From: Candidatus Methanoperedens sp.
GTDB taxonomy: Archaea > Halobacteriota > Methanosarcinia > Methanosarcinales > Methanoperedenaceae
Assembly: GCA_027460535.1 (NCBI GenBank)
Contig: JAPZAR010000008.1
Coordinates: forward strand, 49,320-81,319
Reading direction: 5' to 3'
Length of the DNA: 32,000 nt
Shown here: positions 9,234 through 17,920 of the stretch, one piece after another
How the letters are laid out: every line of letters starts with the position of its first letter
Numbering within the stretch: position 1 is the first letter of the stretch
Position numbers and translations under genes: made by a program
The notes under the pieces: generated by a model
What the model was told of the DNA's origin: nothing
The model's database searches: none
Seen by the model: the letters and a program-made list of their open reading frames with translations, nothing else

Positions 9234-9352
9234 CCTTGGAAGAAGAATTGTATGAAAAAATATGGAAGAGGAAAGAGCTTGATGCGGCACCGGAGGTGGA
9301 GAGGGGCTCAAGAGTAGGTGTTGCTCTAAAATTGTTGGAGAAATTGGTTTGA
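9230..9352 (+). CDS. 40-codon bridging micro-ORF (MTLEEELYEKIWKRKELDAAPEVERGSRVGVALKLLEKLV), or the detached N-terminus of the downstream methyltransferase
   Basis: Its ATG overlaps the epimerase stop (ATGA at 9230-9233). Its TGA overlaps the TTG start of the next gene (TTGA at 9349-9352). The WKRKE...ERG segment resembles WKKRNE...YRG at the N-terminus of the paralogous methyltransferase 5828..6547. Confidence 0.3.
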   Translation: MTLEEELYEKIWKRKELDAAPEVERGSRVGVALKLLEKLV

Positions 9353-10053
9353 AATATTCGATTTCTTGGCTAAACCAGTATAGGATCATAAGGCAATTCA
9401 TTTTAGATTCGTTAAACGACTCCCGAATTTATGCTAAAGGGCGCATGCTGGATGTGGGATGCGGTACAAAACCGTATAGAAAAGTTTTTGTAGATGTGGT
9501 GAAAGAACACATAGGTATCGATTATCCTTCCAGCATTTCAGCGAACAAGGAAAATAAAAATGTAGAAATATATTCGATTCTTCCTCACCTTCCTTTTAAA
9601 AATGAAACTTTTGATACAGTGCTAGCCACCGAAGTTCTGGAGCATGTTTCTGAACCTTCTGCCGCTTTTAGTGAAATTAACAGGATTCTCAAAAAAAATG
9701 GAGTGCTAATTCTGACGGCTCCACAATGCTGGGGGTTACACGAAACACCCCAAGATTATTATAGATATACCAAATTTGGTTTAAAATACCTTTCTGAAAA
9801 AAACAGCTTTGAGGTAATATATATAAAACCACTAGGAGGATTTTTTTCGCTTATAGGACAGAGATTGAGTAGTTTCATTTTTTACTTACTGGCGATTGAT
9901 GAGAAAGGGAATTTACGTAATATTTTACTCCGTGGATTAGCCCATGTTATATGTATGTTCTTACAATTGATATTCACAATAACCGATAGAATTTTTTATG
10001 AAGAAAACGACACTCTTGGCAATATAATGGTAGCCAGGAAGATAATATCATGA
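9349..10053 (+). CDS. Class I SAM-dependent methyltransferase (paralog of 5828..6547)
   Basis: 234 aa with a TTG start preceded by GGAG at 9337-9340. MLDVGCGTKPY and FDTVLATEVLEHVSEP...LKKNGVLILTAPQCWGLHETPQDYYRYTKFGLKYL align closely with the other methyltransferase. Confidence 0.75.
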   Translation: MKYSISWLNQYRIIRQFILDSLNDSRIYAKGRMLDVGCGTKPYRKVFVDVVKEHIGIDYPSSISANKENKNVEIYSILPHLPFKNETFDTVLATEVLEHVSEPSAAFSEINRILKKNGVLILTAPQCWGLHETPQDYYRYTKFGLKYLSEKNSFEVIYIKPLGGFFSLIGQRLSSFIFYLLAIDEKGNLRNILLRGLAHVICMFLQLIFTITDRIFYEENDTLGNIMVARKIIS

Positions 10054-11201
10054 GAATTGCATTAACCACGGACGATTATAATAAACGGGGAGGGATTTCA
10101 AGATATGTCGCGGAACTGGCGGAAAATTTTGCTGGGCAACATGAAGTCCATGTATATGCCACAGGATGGAGGGACGTCTGCAATAAAGCCATAATTTTTC
10201 ATAAAATTCCAACAATTTCAGGCCCTCGTGTGATAAGTTCTATCCCGTTTACATTGCAATGCACAGTGAGATTAAAATTATCGAGATCAAAATATGATAT
10301 GATTCATATCAACGGTTGTGATAGCATATGCCAGGATATTATTACAGCCCATAGTATTCACAGAGCAGGGATGGAATTCAAAAAAAATGAGATCGAAATT
10401 CGAGGACATGGCTTCCTTGATATGTTTAATTTGACAATAGAAACATTAAATTATTCGCACAGGAATTACAAAAAGATTATAGCCGACTCCACTTCTTCCA
10501 AAGAAGAACTTATGAAATACTATAATGTACCTGATGAAGATATCGCTGTAATTCCGCTTGGTGTGGATCTGGATGAATATAAACCATTGGGAAAAAATAA
10601 ATTAACTGAACTGAGAAGAAAATATAGGATTGATGAAAATGATACAGTATTATTAATAGTGGCTACGGAATTTTATAGAAAGGGGGTGGTGGAGCTGATT
10701 AGAGCCGTTGATATAATAGTTAACAGGCGTGGCCATAAAAATATTAAGCTTATAGTTGTTGGTAAGGCAGCAGTTGAAGGTTCAAGAAAAGGAGATGAAT
10801 ATTACAGAGAACTAGCCAGTAAGTTGGGAGTTGGCAGTAAGGTTTTATTCACAGGACATATAAATGATTTAAATTCGTTTTACAATATGGCAGATATATT
10901 TGTTTTCCCTACAAAATATGAAGCATTCGGCATACCTACGCTTGAAGCAATGGCCGCTGGTCTTCCGGTCTTAAATAGCAAAATAGGCGCAGGGGAGCTA
11001 ATTACGGATGGAATGGATGGAATTCATCTGGATGATCCCAATAATATCGAGGAAATTGCAGACAAACTTGAAACGCTAATAAAAGATGAAAAACTTCGAA
11101 GGTATCTGGGAAAAAATGCCAGAAGCACTGCTATGAACTATTCATGGGACGAGACGGCAAGAAAGACTATGGATGTTTATAATATTGTATTAAAAAATTA
11201 A
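10050..11201 (+). CDS. Glycosyltransferase family 4
   Basis: 383 aa. IFVFPTKYEAFGIPTLEAMAAGLPVLNSKIGAGELITDGMDGIHLDDPN is a typical GT4 C-terminal domain. ATGA overlap with the upstream methyltransferase. Confidence 0.85.
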   Translation: MRIALTTDDYNKRGGISRYVAELAENFAGQHEVHVYATGWRDVCNKAIIFHKIPTISGPRVISSIPFTLQCTVRLKLSRSKYDMIHINGCDSICQDIITAHSIHRAGMEFKKNEIEIRGHGFLDMFNLTIETLNYSHRNYKKIIADSTSSKEELMKYYNVPDEDIAVIPLGVDLDEYKPLGKNKLTELRRKYRIDENDTVLLIVATEFYRKGVVELIRAVDIIVNRRGHKNIKLIVVGKAAVEGSRKGDEYYRELASKLGVGSKVLFTGHINDLNSFYNMADIFVFPTKYEAFGIPTLEAMAAGLPVLNSKIGAGELITDGMDGIHLDDPNNIEEIADKLETLIKDEKLRRYLGKNARSTAMNYSWDETARKTMDVYNIVLKN

Positions 11202-11202
11202 T

Positions 11203-11976
11203 ATGAACCTAAAAGAAAAAGAAATCTCAGGCTACCACGCTTTTGCAGAAAGGTCAGGCTGGGATAGATCCTTTGCCGGCTTTCTCAGGAAAATGGTAGA
11301 AGGCAGGGACTCATTATACTTTCGTTTCCTAATGGAGATCATTAAAGCTAAGGGCGACAAACTTCTCGATTTCGCAGCGGGAACATGCTGGACTTCATAT
11401 ATTTTCGGGGAGAAAGGCTATGATGTGACTGCACTTGAAATGAATTCAAGTGATATCTGCGGCCTCGGATTGTTCAGGAAATACAGAGATAAATTGCCCT
11501 TCCAGGCTATCCTGGGGGATTGCGAGAACTCCCCGCTCAAAGAAGGTGTCTTTGATGTGGTTTTCTGCCACCAGGCGCTGCACCATGCATCCGACCTTGA
11601 CCGGATGGTTTCCGAGATGGCAAGATGCGCGAAAAAGAACGGGCTCGTTATCGCCGGGGGAGAGCATATCCGTCCTTTTTTCACTGGCGATGAGGAATTT
11701 AGAAAGAAGCATCCCGCTGTTGCTTTTGGGGCAAATGAACACGCCTACCCTTATTACGAGTACAGGGATGCTTTTAGAAGTGCAGGGATTGTGAAAGTGA
11801 AGGTTGTACCCCGTGGATTCGAGTGCGATTTTGAGACAATTTCTCAGAAGCCTATCCGGGCATTGATTAAAGGCATCTCAAAGATCCCAATCCTCGGACA
11901 TGGAATTGTAAGTTTTGTTCTCCTGAATTTTAGCGGCGCAGGCACTGAGATTACCATATATGGTTTCAAATCATGA
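11203..11976 (+). CDS. Class I SAM-dependent methyltransferase (divergent third copy)
   Basis: 257 aa with LLDFAAGTCW (motif I variant), DVTALEMN, and FDVVFCHQALHHASDLDRMVSEMARCAKKNGLVI. 1-nt gap to the upstream gene. Confidence 0.75.
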   Translation: MNLKEKEISGYHAFAERSGWDRSFAGFLRKMVEGRDSLYFRFLMEIIKAKGDKLLDFAAGTCWTSYIFGEKGYDVTALEMNSSDICGLGLFRKYRDKLPFQAILGDCENSPLKEGVFDVVFCHQALHHASDLDRMVSEMARCAKKNGLVIAGGEHIRPFFTGDEEFRKKHPAVAFGANEHAYPYYEYRDAFRSAGIVKVKVVPRGFECDFETISQKPIRALIKGISKIPILGHGIVSFVLLNFSGAGTEITIYGFKS

Positions 11977-13497
11977 AATTCCTTTTCTTAGTTTATTTAT
12001 AAAGAATTCACTAAACTTTGTTTCACCGAGGACTGTTTTGACCATGACTTCATCTTCTTCCCTGAAAGTTTTTAATAAAAAGAGGACTGTAAAGTAGATT
12101 GTTATCAGAACTACAAATGATAGAATAAAAGCCAGAATTAAATTTGTGAAAAGTATTTTTATGCCGTAGATAAAAGGTAAAACCAAAGCCAGGGAGACTA
12201 TGATCTTCAAGGTCCTGTCCCTGTAGATAATTATTTTTACATTCTGCCTCGCCCATCTGAAAGATATTGATAGAATGATGGCCGCGGAAATGAGAGAAGC
12301 AAAGCCTGCCCCGGTTATACCATAATATTTAACAAGGATAATATTGAAGATCACGTTCGAGACAGCACCCACGAACATGATTTTGGAATTCTGCCTTGGA
12401 TTTCCTGAGTTGATTATAATGTAGACAAAAAAAAGATATATGCCTGTTAAAAATGTGGAGATTGAAAGTATCTGCACAAGCGTAGCACCTGAAGAATAAT
12501 CTTTCGTAAAAACTATTTTCAGTATCCCTTCGGGAAACAGCATCAAAATAGCAATCAAAGGAAGAGAGAACATCAAGAGCCTTTCTATGATATAGGAAGA
12601 CAGGTGTTCGATCTTTTTCCTGTCCCCGCATCCAAAAAGCTCGCTCACAACCGGAGAGAATATGGAAATCACAGCTTGTGGAAATATGAGCATAGCACCT
12701 GTGATCATGCTCGCAGCCCAGAATATCCCTACGTCCGCGAAATTGTTATAATACTTGATGATATAAATCCCTGAAGAGTACAATAGCCCGTTCGAAACGT
12801 CCATGAAAATCAAAGGAATCCCGAACACAACCAGGCTTTTCACCAATTTGGACTGGAATTTACCTCCAAATCCCCAGTTCTTCACCACATATGCAGCGGA
12901 TAGCACATATTGGATAGCCAGGGAGGCTGCGATGCTTATCAGTATCGGATAGAACCCGTATCCAAGGTAAGAAAGGATTATCAGCGATAAATAGGAAACA
13001 ATCGGTGTAGTCGCTGCAAATATGGTTGCTACTTCAGGTCTTCTGTAACCGTTTATGACCAGGCTGAAAAAAAAACCTGTGCCATGGATCATGAACATCA
13101 AGAGCAGGAACATGACAAGTTCCCTGTTTAAAGAGAATAGATTTGGAAGAAGCCTGTTTATTAAAACCAACCCAAACAGGGAAACAGAAACCAGAATTAT
13201 TACCAGTATGAACCCGGTTTTCGTGTAGGCTTTGACTTTTTCAAGATCTCCTTTTCCTCGATTGAAAGCTATATAATAAGCTGTCGCAGGTGGGATACCA
13301 AGAAGCATTATCCCCACGCCTAATTGGGCAATCGACCATGAAAAAGTGTAAATCCCGTATTCTTCCTGCGTTATAGTCTTGGTGAGAAGGGAATTAAATA
13401 GAAATCCGAAAAAGCGAGTAATAATTAATGCAAAGAATACTAATGAGCTTGATTTCAGCATTATTTTCCCAAGCGACTCTTTTTCCAGTTGTGACAC
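11971..13497 (-). CDS. Oligosaccharide/polysaccharide flippase (Wzx-like, MOP superfamily)
   Basis: 508 aa with a GTG start and roughly 12-14 hydrophobic segments throughout. Length and hydrophobic pattern are typical of polysaccharide biosynthesis (Wzx/RfbX) transporters. It converges on the glycan operon with a 6-nt overlap. Confidence 0.8.
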   Translation of the reverse strand: MSQLEKESLGKIMLKSSSLVFFALIITRFFGFLFNSLLTKTITQEEYGIYTFSWSIAQLGVGIMLLGIPPATAYYIAFNRGKGDLEKVKAYTKTGFILVIILVSVSLFGLVLINRLLPNLFSLNRELVMFLLLMFMIHGTGFFFSLVINGYRRPEVATIFAATTPIVSYLSLIILSYLGYGFYPILISIAASLAIQYVLSAAYVVKNWGFGGKFQSKLVKSLVVFGIPLIFMDVSNGLLYSSGIYIIKYYNNFADVGIFWAASMITGAMLIFPQAVISIFSPVVSELFGCGDRKKIEHLSSYIIERLLMFSLPLIAILMLFPEGILKIVFTKDYSSGATLVQILSISTFLTGIYLFFVYIIINSGNPRQNSKIMFVGAVSNVIFNIILVKYYGITGAGFASLISAAIILSISFRWARQNVKIIIYRDRTLKIIVSLALVLPFIYGIKILFTNLILAFILSFVVLITIYFTVLFLLKTFREEDEVMVKTVLGETKFSEFFINKLRKGIS

Positions 13498-13793
13498 CTT
13501 CTGATAATGTTTTTAGTTTATTTTGCCTTCCTTCAGATCACATTAAATACAGATTTTGCGGCGAATGCAGGCTCACTGGTTTCGATCATATCCCATGAAA
13601 TATCCGATGGATAATCATCAAATCCAAAAATAGCCATCTCCATAATCTGGACTTAAAAAGTGTCCTTTTCCTATAACGTTTTCTACTGATTTATGTATTA
13701 TATGATTATATGTATGGAAAAATCCACGAATGGAAAAACCAAAGGCAAATATTTTAGCCATTCCAAGCCAATATAGCTCTGTCTATTCTTTTC

Positions 13794-16610
13794 ATGTCAA
13801 CAGATAAAATCATCATCAAAGGGGCACGCGTCCACAATCTCAAGAACATCGACCTTGAGCTTCCGAGAAATAAACTGATCGTGATAACAGGGCTCTCGGG
13901 ATCGGGCAAATCCTCGCTCGCCTTCGATACTCTCTATGCGGAAGGCCAGCGGCGATATGTTGAATCATTGTCCGCATATGCACGCCAGTTCCTGGGACAG
14001 ATGGACAAACCCGATGTAGAGTACATCGAAGGTCTCTCCCCCGCCATCTCCATCGAACAGAAATCCACGAGCAAGAACCCGCGCTCCACAGTGGGCACAG
14101 TGACGGAGATATACGACTACCTGCGCTTGCTGTATGCCAGGATAGGAAGACAGCACTGTCCCAACTGCGGAAGCGAGATTACTCCACAGACCCTTGACCA
14201 GATCGTACAGAGACTTATGGGGCTTCCCGATGGTACAAAGATCCATGTGCTTGCACCACTCTCCAGACAGAGGAAAGGAGAATACAAACAGATGTTCGAG
14301 GACCTTGCAAGTTCGGGGTTCAGCCGCGTCAGGGTGGACGGCAAAACATACGAGCTTTCTCGGGAGATCGTTCTTAACAAGCAGCAGAAACATGATATTG
14401 ATGTAATTGTTGACCGCCTGGTAATAAAAAAAGGAATAGAGGAGCGGCTCTCTGACTCTGTCGCTACTGCCCTCAAAGAGGGGAACGGCATTGTTGTGGT
14501 GGATATGCTCGACGGTAAGGAGCTTTTATTCAGCGAGCATGCCTCATGCACAAAGTGCGGTATAAGCTTTGAGCCTCTTGAACCCAATATGTTCTCTTTC
14601 AACAGCCCTCGCGGTGCATGTCCTGCCTGCCAGGGGCTCGGGAGCACGATGGAGTTCGATCCCGACCTCATAATACCGGATAAAAACAAATCCCTGAGCC
14701 AGGGAGCTATCGAGCCGTGGGGGTATGAGCATGGATACTATTACCAGATGCTCGCGTCAGTGGCAAAACACTACGGGTTCTCGCTTGACACGCCGTTCTC
14801 CGAACTGAAACCAGAGCATGTGCGCGTGATACTGCACGGTGGGAGCGAGCAAATCCAATTCAGGTATGTGCCACGTGAACGGGACGGGCTCTGGGAACAC
14901 TGGAGCAGTTTTGAAGGGGTCATACCGCACCTTGCAAGAAAATACAGGGAATCCCAGTCAGAAGAAGGGAGGGAGAGAATCCAGCAATACATGAGCATCA
15001 AACCCTGCACCGTGTGTAAAGGTGAACGGCTCAAACCTTCAAGCCTGGCTGTCACGGTAGGGGATAAATCCATCATCGCCACCACCCGGCTCTCCGTGAA
15101 AAAGGCACTTGAGTTCCTTGACGGCCTCTCATTCACTGAAAAAGAGGCGATCATATCCAAACCCATTATGAAAGAGCTCAGGGCGAGGCTGGGATTCCTC
15201 ATGGATGTGGGACTTGATTATCTCACTCTTGAGAGGGCGGCCGGCACGCTCTCGGGAGGGGAGAGCCAGAGGATCAGGCTTGCCACACAGATCGGATCCA
15301 GCCTCGTAGGCGTGCTTTACATCCTGGATGAACCCAGTATCGGCTTACACCAGCGGGATAATGCCAGACTGATACATATGCTCACCCAGCTTCGCGACCT
15401 TGGCAATACGGTCATAGTGGTCGAGCATGATGAAGAGATGATCCGCAGTGCGGATTTTATCGTGGATATGGGACCCGGAGCCGGAGTGCACGGTGGCGAA
15501 GTGGTGGTTGCCGGAAGCCTGGAAGATGTTATCAAATGCGAGAATTGCATTACAGGCGAATATCTGAGCCATAAGAAAGTGATAGCGATCCCTGGCAAGC
15601 GAAGAAAGCCAAAAGGTAAAATCACCATAGTGGGGGCAAGTGAGAATAACTTGAAACAGATAGATGTGAACATACCTCTTGGCGTGATGACCGCGGTCAC
15701 CGGCGTTTCCGGTTCAGGTAAGAGCACGCTCGTTAACGATATTCTTTACAAAGCCCTGGCTCAGAAGTTCTATAATGCCAAAGAAAAGCCCGGGAAGCAC
15801 AGGGGTATAGTCGGGCAGGAGAACATCGATAAGATCATAATTATAGACCAGTCCCCCATTGGGAGGACACCGCGTTCCAATCCTTCAACATACACGGGCG
15901 TTTTCACTCCCGTAAGGGATCTTTTCGCCAGGCTGCCTTCATCGAAAGCACGGGGTTATATGCCCGGGCGGTTCAGTTTCAACGTTAAAGGCGGGCGTTG
16001 CGAGGCATGCAAGGGGGACGGGATCATTACTATCGAGATGCATTTCCTCCCTGATGTGTATGTCCCGTGCGAGGTATGCCACGGGAAACGATTCAACAGC
16101 GAGACCCTCGAGATCGCATATAAGGGAAAGAACATCTCGCAGGTGCTTGACATGACGGTGGAGGAAGCGCTCTCGTTCTTTGAGAACATCCCCAGGATAA
16201 AACGCCAGCTTCAGACGCTTTTTGATGTGGGGCTCGGATATATCAGGCTGGGCCAGCCCGCCACCACCCTCTCGGGAGGGGAGGCGCAGCGCATCAAGCT
16301 TTCCACCGAATTGAGCAAAAGAAGTACGGGAAGGACGCTCTACATTCTTGATGAACCGACCACGGGTCTGCATTTCGCAGATATTCAGAAACTGCTCGAC
16401 ATGCTCTCCCTGCTTGTGGACGCTGGGAACAGCGTTGTGGTTATTGAGCACAACCTGGATGTCATAAAAGTGGCAGACCACATAATAGACCTGGGGCCGG
16501 AAGGAGGGGATAATGGCGGGAGGATTATTGCGGAGGGGACGCCTGAAAAAGTGGCGAGGATTGAGGGGTCTTATACGGGGTATTATCTGAAGAAAGTTTT
16601 AAATGTGTAA
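13794..16610 (+). CDS. uvrA: Excinuclease ABC subunit A
   Basis: 938 aa with two ABC ATPase modules ([14 protein letters not shown]; [13 protein letters not shown]; two LSGGE signatures), zinc-finger cysteine pairs (CPNCG, CTKCG, CPACQG, CEACKG...CEVCHG), and an N-terminus [14 protein letters not shown]. Confidence 0.97.
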   Translation: MSTDKIIIKGARVHNLKNIDLELPRNKLIVITGLSGSGKSSLAFDTLYAEGQRRYVESLSAYARQFLGQMDKPDVEYIEGLSPAISIEQKSTSKNPRSTVGTVTEIYDYLRLLYARIGRQHCPNCGSEITPQTLDQIVQRLMGLPDGTKIHVLAPLSRQRKGEYKQMFEDLASSGFSRVRVDGKTYELSREIVLNKQQKHDIDVIVDRLVIKKGIEERLSDSVATALKEGNGIVVVDMLDGKELLFSEHASCTKCGISFEPLEPNMFSFNSPRGACPACQGLGSTMEFDPDLIIPDKNKSLSQGAIEPWGYEHGYYYQMLASVAKHYGFSLDTPFSELKPEHVRVILHGGSEQIQFRYVPRERDGLWEHWSSFEGVIPHLARKYRESQSEEGRERIQQYMSIKPCTVCKGERLKPSSLAVTVGDKSIIATTRLSVKKALEFLDGLSFTEKEAIISKPIMKELRARLGFLMDVGLDYLTLERAAGTLSGGESQRIRLATQIGSSLVGVLYILDEPSIGLHQRDNARLIHMLTQLRDLGNTVIVVEHDEEMIRSADFIVDMGPGAGVHGGEVVVAGSLEDVIKCENCITGEYLSHKKVIAIPGKRRKPKGKITIVGASENNLKQIDVNIPLGVMTAVTGVSGSGKSTLVNDILYKALAQKFYNAKEKPGKHRGIVGQENIDKIIIIDQSPIGRTPRSNPSTYTGVFTPVRDLFARLPSSKARGYMPGRFSFNVKGGRCEACKGDGIITIEMHFLPDVYVPCEVCHGKRFNSETLEIAYKGKNISQVLDMTVEEALSFFENIPRIKRQLQTLFDVGLGYIRLGQPATTLSGGEAQRIKLSTELSKRSTGRTLYILDEPTTGLHFADIQKLLDMLSLLVDAGNSVVVIEHNLDVIKVADHIIDLGPEGGDNGGRIIAEGTPEKVARIEGSYTGYYLKKVLNV

Positions 16611-16677
16611 ACATCAATGAATAAAAAGAGAAGACAGACTATAAATCCTCTATCAAAATACAAAAGAGACGATAACA

Positions 16678-16974
16678 TTGAATCGGAAAAAATGGTGGAA
16701 AAGGAGAGAAAAAGATGCTCGAAAGTTGAGGGAAGAAGAGGAAAGTAGGGCATATGAGGAAAGAAAGCATAAAGAATTGGATAAAATAGATACGATGAAA
16801 AATCAGATTGTAAATAGAAGAAACGTCAGGGAGCTTGGCAAAAAGATTTTTTCAAAAGATAACAAACAAATAATAATTTTAGAAAGAGTTAACGAGTCCA
16901 TTAAAGTCTCAAATAATCCATCTCCTAAAAAAAAGTGGAGAACTGATCTTTGTGATCCCGGACATTATGATTGA
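16678..16974 (+). CDS. Hypothetical K/R/E-rich small protein
   Basis: 98 codons with a TTG start and no in-frame ATG until codon 40. TATAAAT at 16640-16646 lies about 35 nt upstream. The N-terminal 45 aa are almost entirely charged (NRKKWWKRREKDARKLREEEESRAYEERKHKELDK). No family recognised. Confidence 0.35.
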   Translation: MNRKKWWKRREKDARKLREEEESRAYEERKHKELDKIDTMKNQIVNRRNVRELGKKIFSKDNKQIIILERVNESIKVSNNPSPKKKWRTDLCDPGHYD

Positions 16975-17080
16975 TTTTATATAATGCAGTTAATGACTAA
17001 AATTGTCCAAAAAGCAATCAATAGAATCTTTTCATTAGATATTCTATATCTAAGATCAGTGGTAGAAATGACCAGCAAAA

Positions 17081-17605
17081 ATGTTGAAACATGATAGGAA
17101 CCATATGTCCCTAAAAGATCTCGAGCAATTAGAGTTAGAATTGTTGAACCATTTCACTATCATTAATCGGGAACATACAATTATCCGTCAAAAACTTTTC
17201 CCATACGCAGATGGCAAAAAATTAAAGGGTGATGAAATTGTTGGTTGGCTTGGGGAGGTATATTGTAAACTTCTATTGGATGGAACATTGGTTTCAGATG
17301 AAAACGAGCATGACTTTGTAACTGTAAATGGAGAACGGATCTCCGTAAAAACACGAAAAGGTAAAGAAAAAGGTTGGAATCGAACTAGTGCCATCCCTAA
17401 GAAGGATGGCGACAATAATCCCACCCATCTGATGTTTGTACATCTAAATGATGACTATTCAATTGATAGAATATGGAAATTTCCTTGGAAAGATATTTCT
17501 GGAAGATTTAAGGAGCATAAAGTTCGAGGAAGTCATAGGGCATTCTACTTTCAAGTAATCCCTAAAAGTGATGACGCAAAATATCTCTGTTACCCTATGG
17601 CTTGA
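17081..17605 (+). CDS. Hypothetical protein with a PD-(D/E)xK-like (restriction-endonuclease fold) motif arrangement
   Basis: 174 aa. GWLGEVY (E59) ... EHDFVT (D78) ... ERISVKTRKG (S88-x-K90) has the spacing of E...D...(E/S)xK nuclease cores. It lies in low-GC sequence. The alternative start is ATG 17105. Confidence 0.5.
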   Translation: MLKHDRNHMSLKDLEQLELELLNHFTIINREHTIIRQKLFPYADGKKLKGDEIVGWLGEVYCKLLLDGTLVSDENEHDFVTVNGERISVKTRKGKEKGWNRTSAIPKKDGDNNPTHLMFVHLNDDYSIDRIWKFPWKDISGRFKEHKVRGSHRAFYFQVIPKSDDAKYLCYPMA

Positions 17606-17619
17606 TTTTTCGCACTACC

Positions 17620-17838
17620 TTATATCAAGCTGTATCTGTCGTGCTTTCGAGCAACATCAGTTTTACCACTTCTACCTATGCCAACTATCTTCGATAATTC
17701 CCTTTTCTGAGAATTCAGCAGCGTAGCCTCTTCCTCTGGTATCAGTATAAGATGAACGTGTTTATGCTCAGGAAGATTAACTTTTTGAAGTGGTTTGAAC
17801 TTGCCATCTTCGTAAATAGCAGGTATTGCTTCGGACAT
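17620..17838 (-). CDS. DUF104 / AF2212-like putative antitoxin, with no adjacent toxin
   Basis: 72 aa. The N-terminus IPAIYEDGKFKPLQKVNLPEHKHVHLIL is the characteristic AIYENGVFKPLEKVDLPEG pattern of archaeal DUF104 (UPF0165) antitoxin-like proteins. The C-terminal tail is KIVGIGRSGKTDVARKHDRY. Confidence 0.7.
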   Translation of the reverse strand: MSEAIPAIYEDGKFKPLQKVNLPEHKHVHLILIPEEEATLLNSQKRELSKIVGIGRSGKTDVARKHDRYSLI

Positions 17839-17893
17839 AATATAAAGATGAACCTATCTTTAAATAAAGATTATTACGTAAAGCATCAAACCC

Positions 17894-17901
17894 TTATTAT
17901 A
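17894..17901 (+). promoter_or_regulatory. Candidate archaeal TATA box for uvrC
   Basis: TTATTATA is centred about 23 nt upstream of ATG 17921. This is compatible with a leaderless or very short-leader transcript and is too close to GTG 17912. Confidence 0.25.
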
Positions 17902-17920
17902 CTTTAGATCAGTGAAAAGC

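Noticed and set aside
9340-9352. Programmed -1 ribosomal frameshift joining the micro-ORF to the methyltransferase.
   Set aside because: No canonical X_XXY_YYZ slippery heptamer (the sequence is TTGGTTTGA) and no obvious downstream pseudoknot. An SD plus TTG restart, or simple frameshift decay, explains the arrangement more economically.
13533-13643. 36-codon minus-strand ORF (MEMAIFGFDDYPSDISWDMIETSEPAFAAKSVFNVI) in the flippase/uvrA divergent spacer.
   Set aside because: It is too short, has no SD or well-placed TATA element, and shows no recognisable motif. Its slightly higher GC is insufficient evidence.
17912-17920. GTG 17912 as the uvrC start.
   Set aside because: The TATA-like element at 17894-17901 is too close to it. 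ATG 17921 (MTKTTEDAKKLPDSPGVY) matches usual UvrC N-termini. This is not decisive without TSS data.
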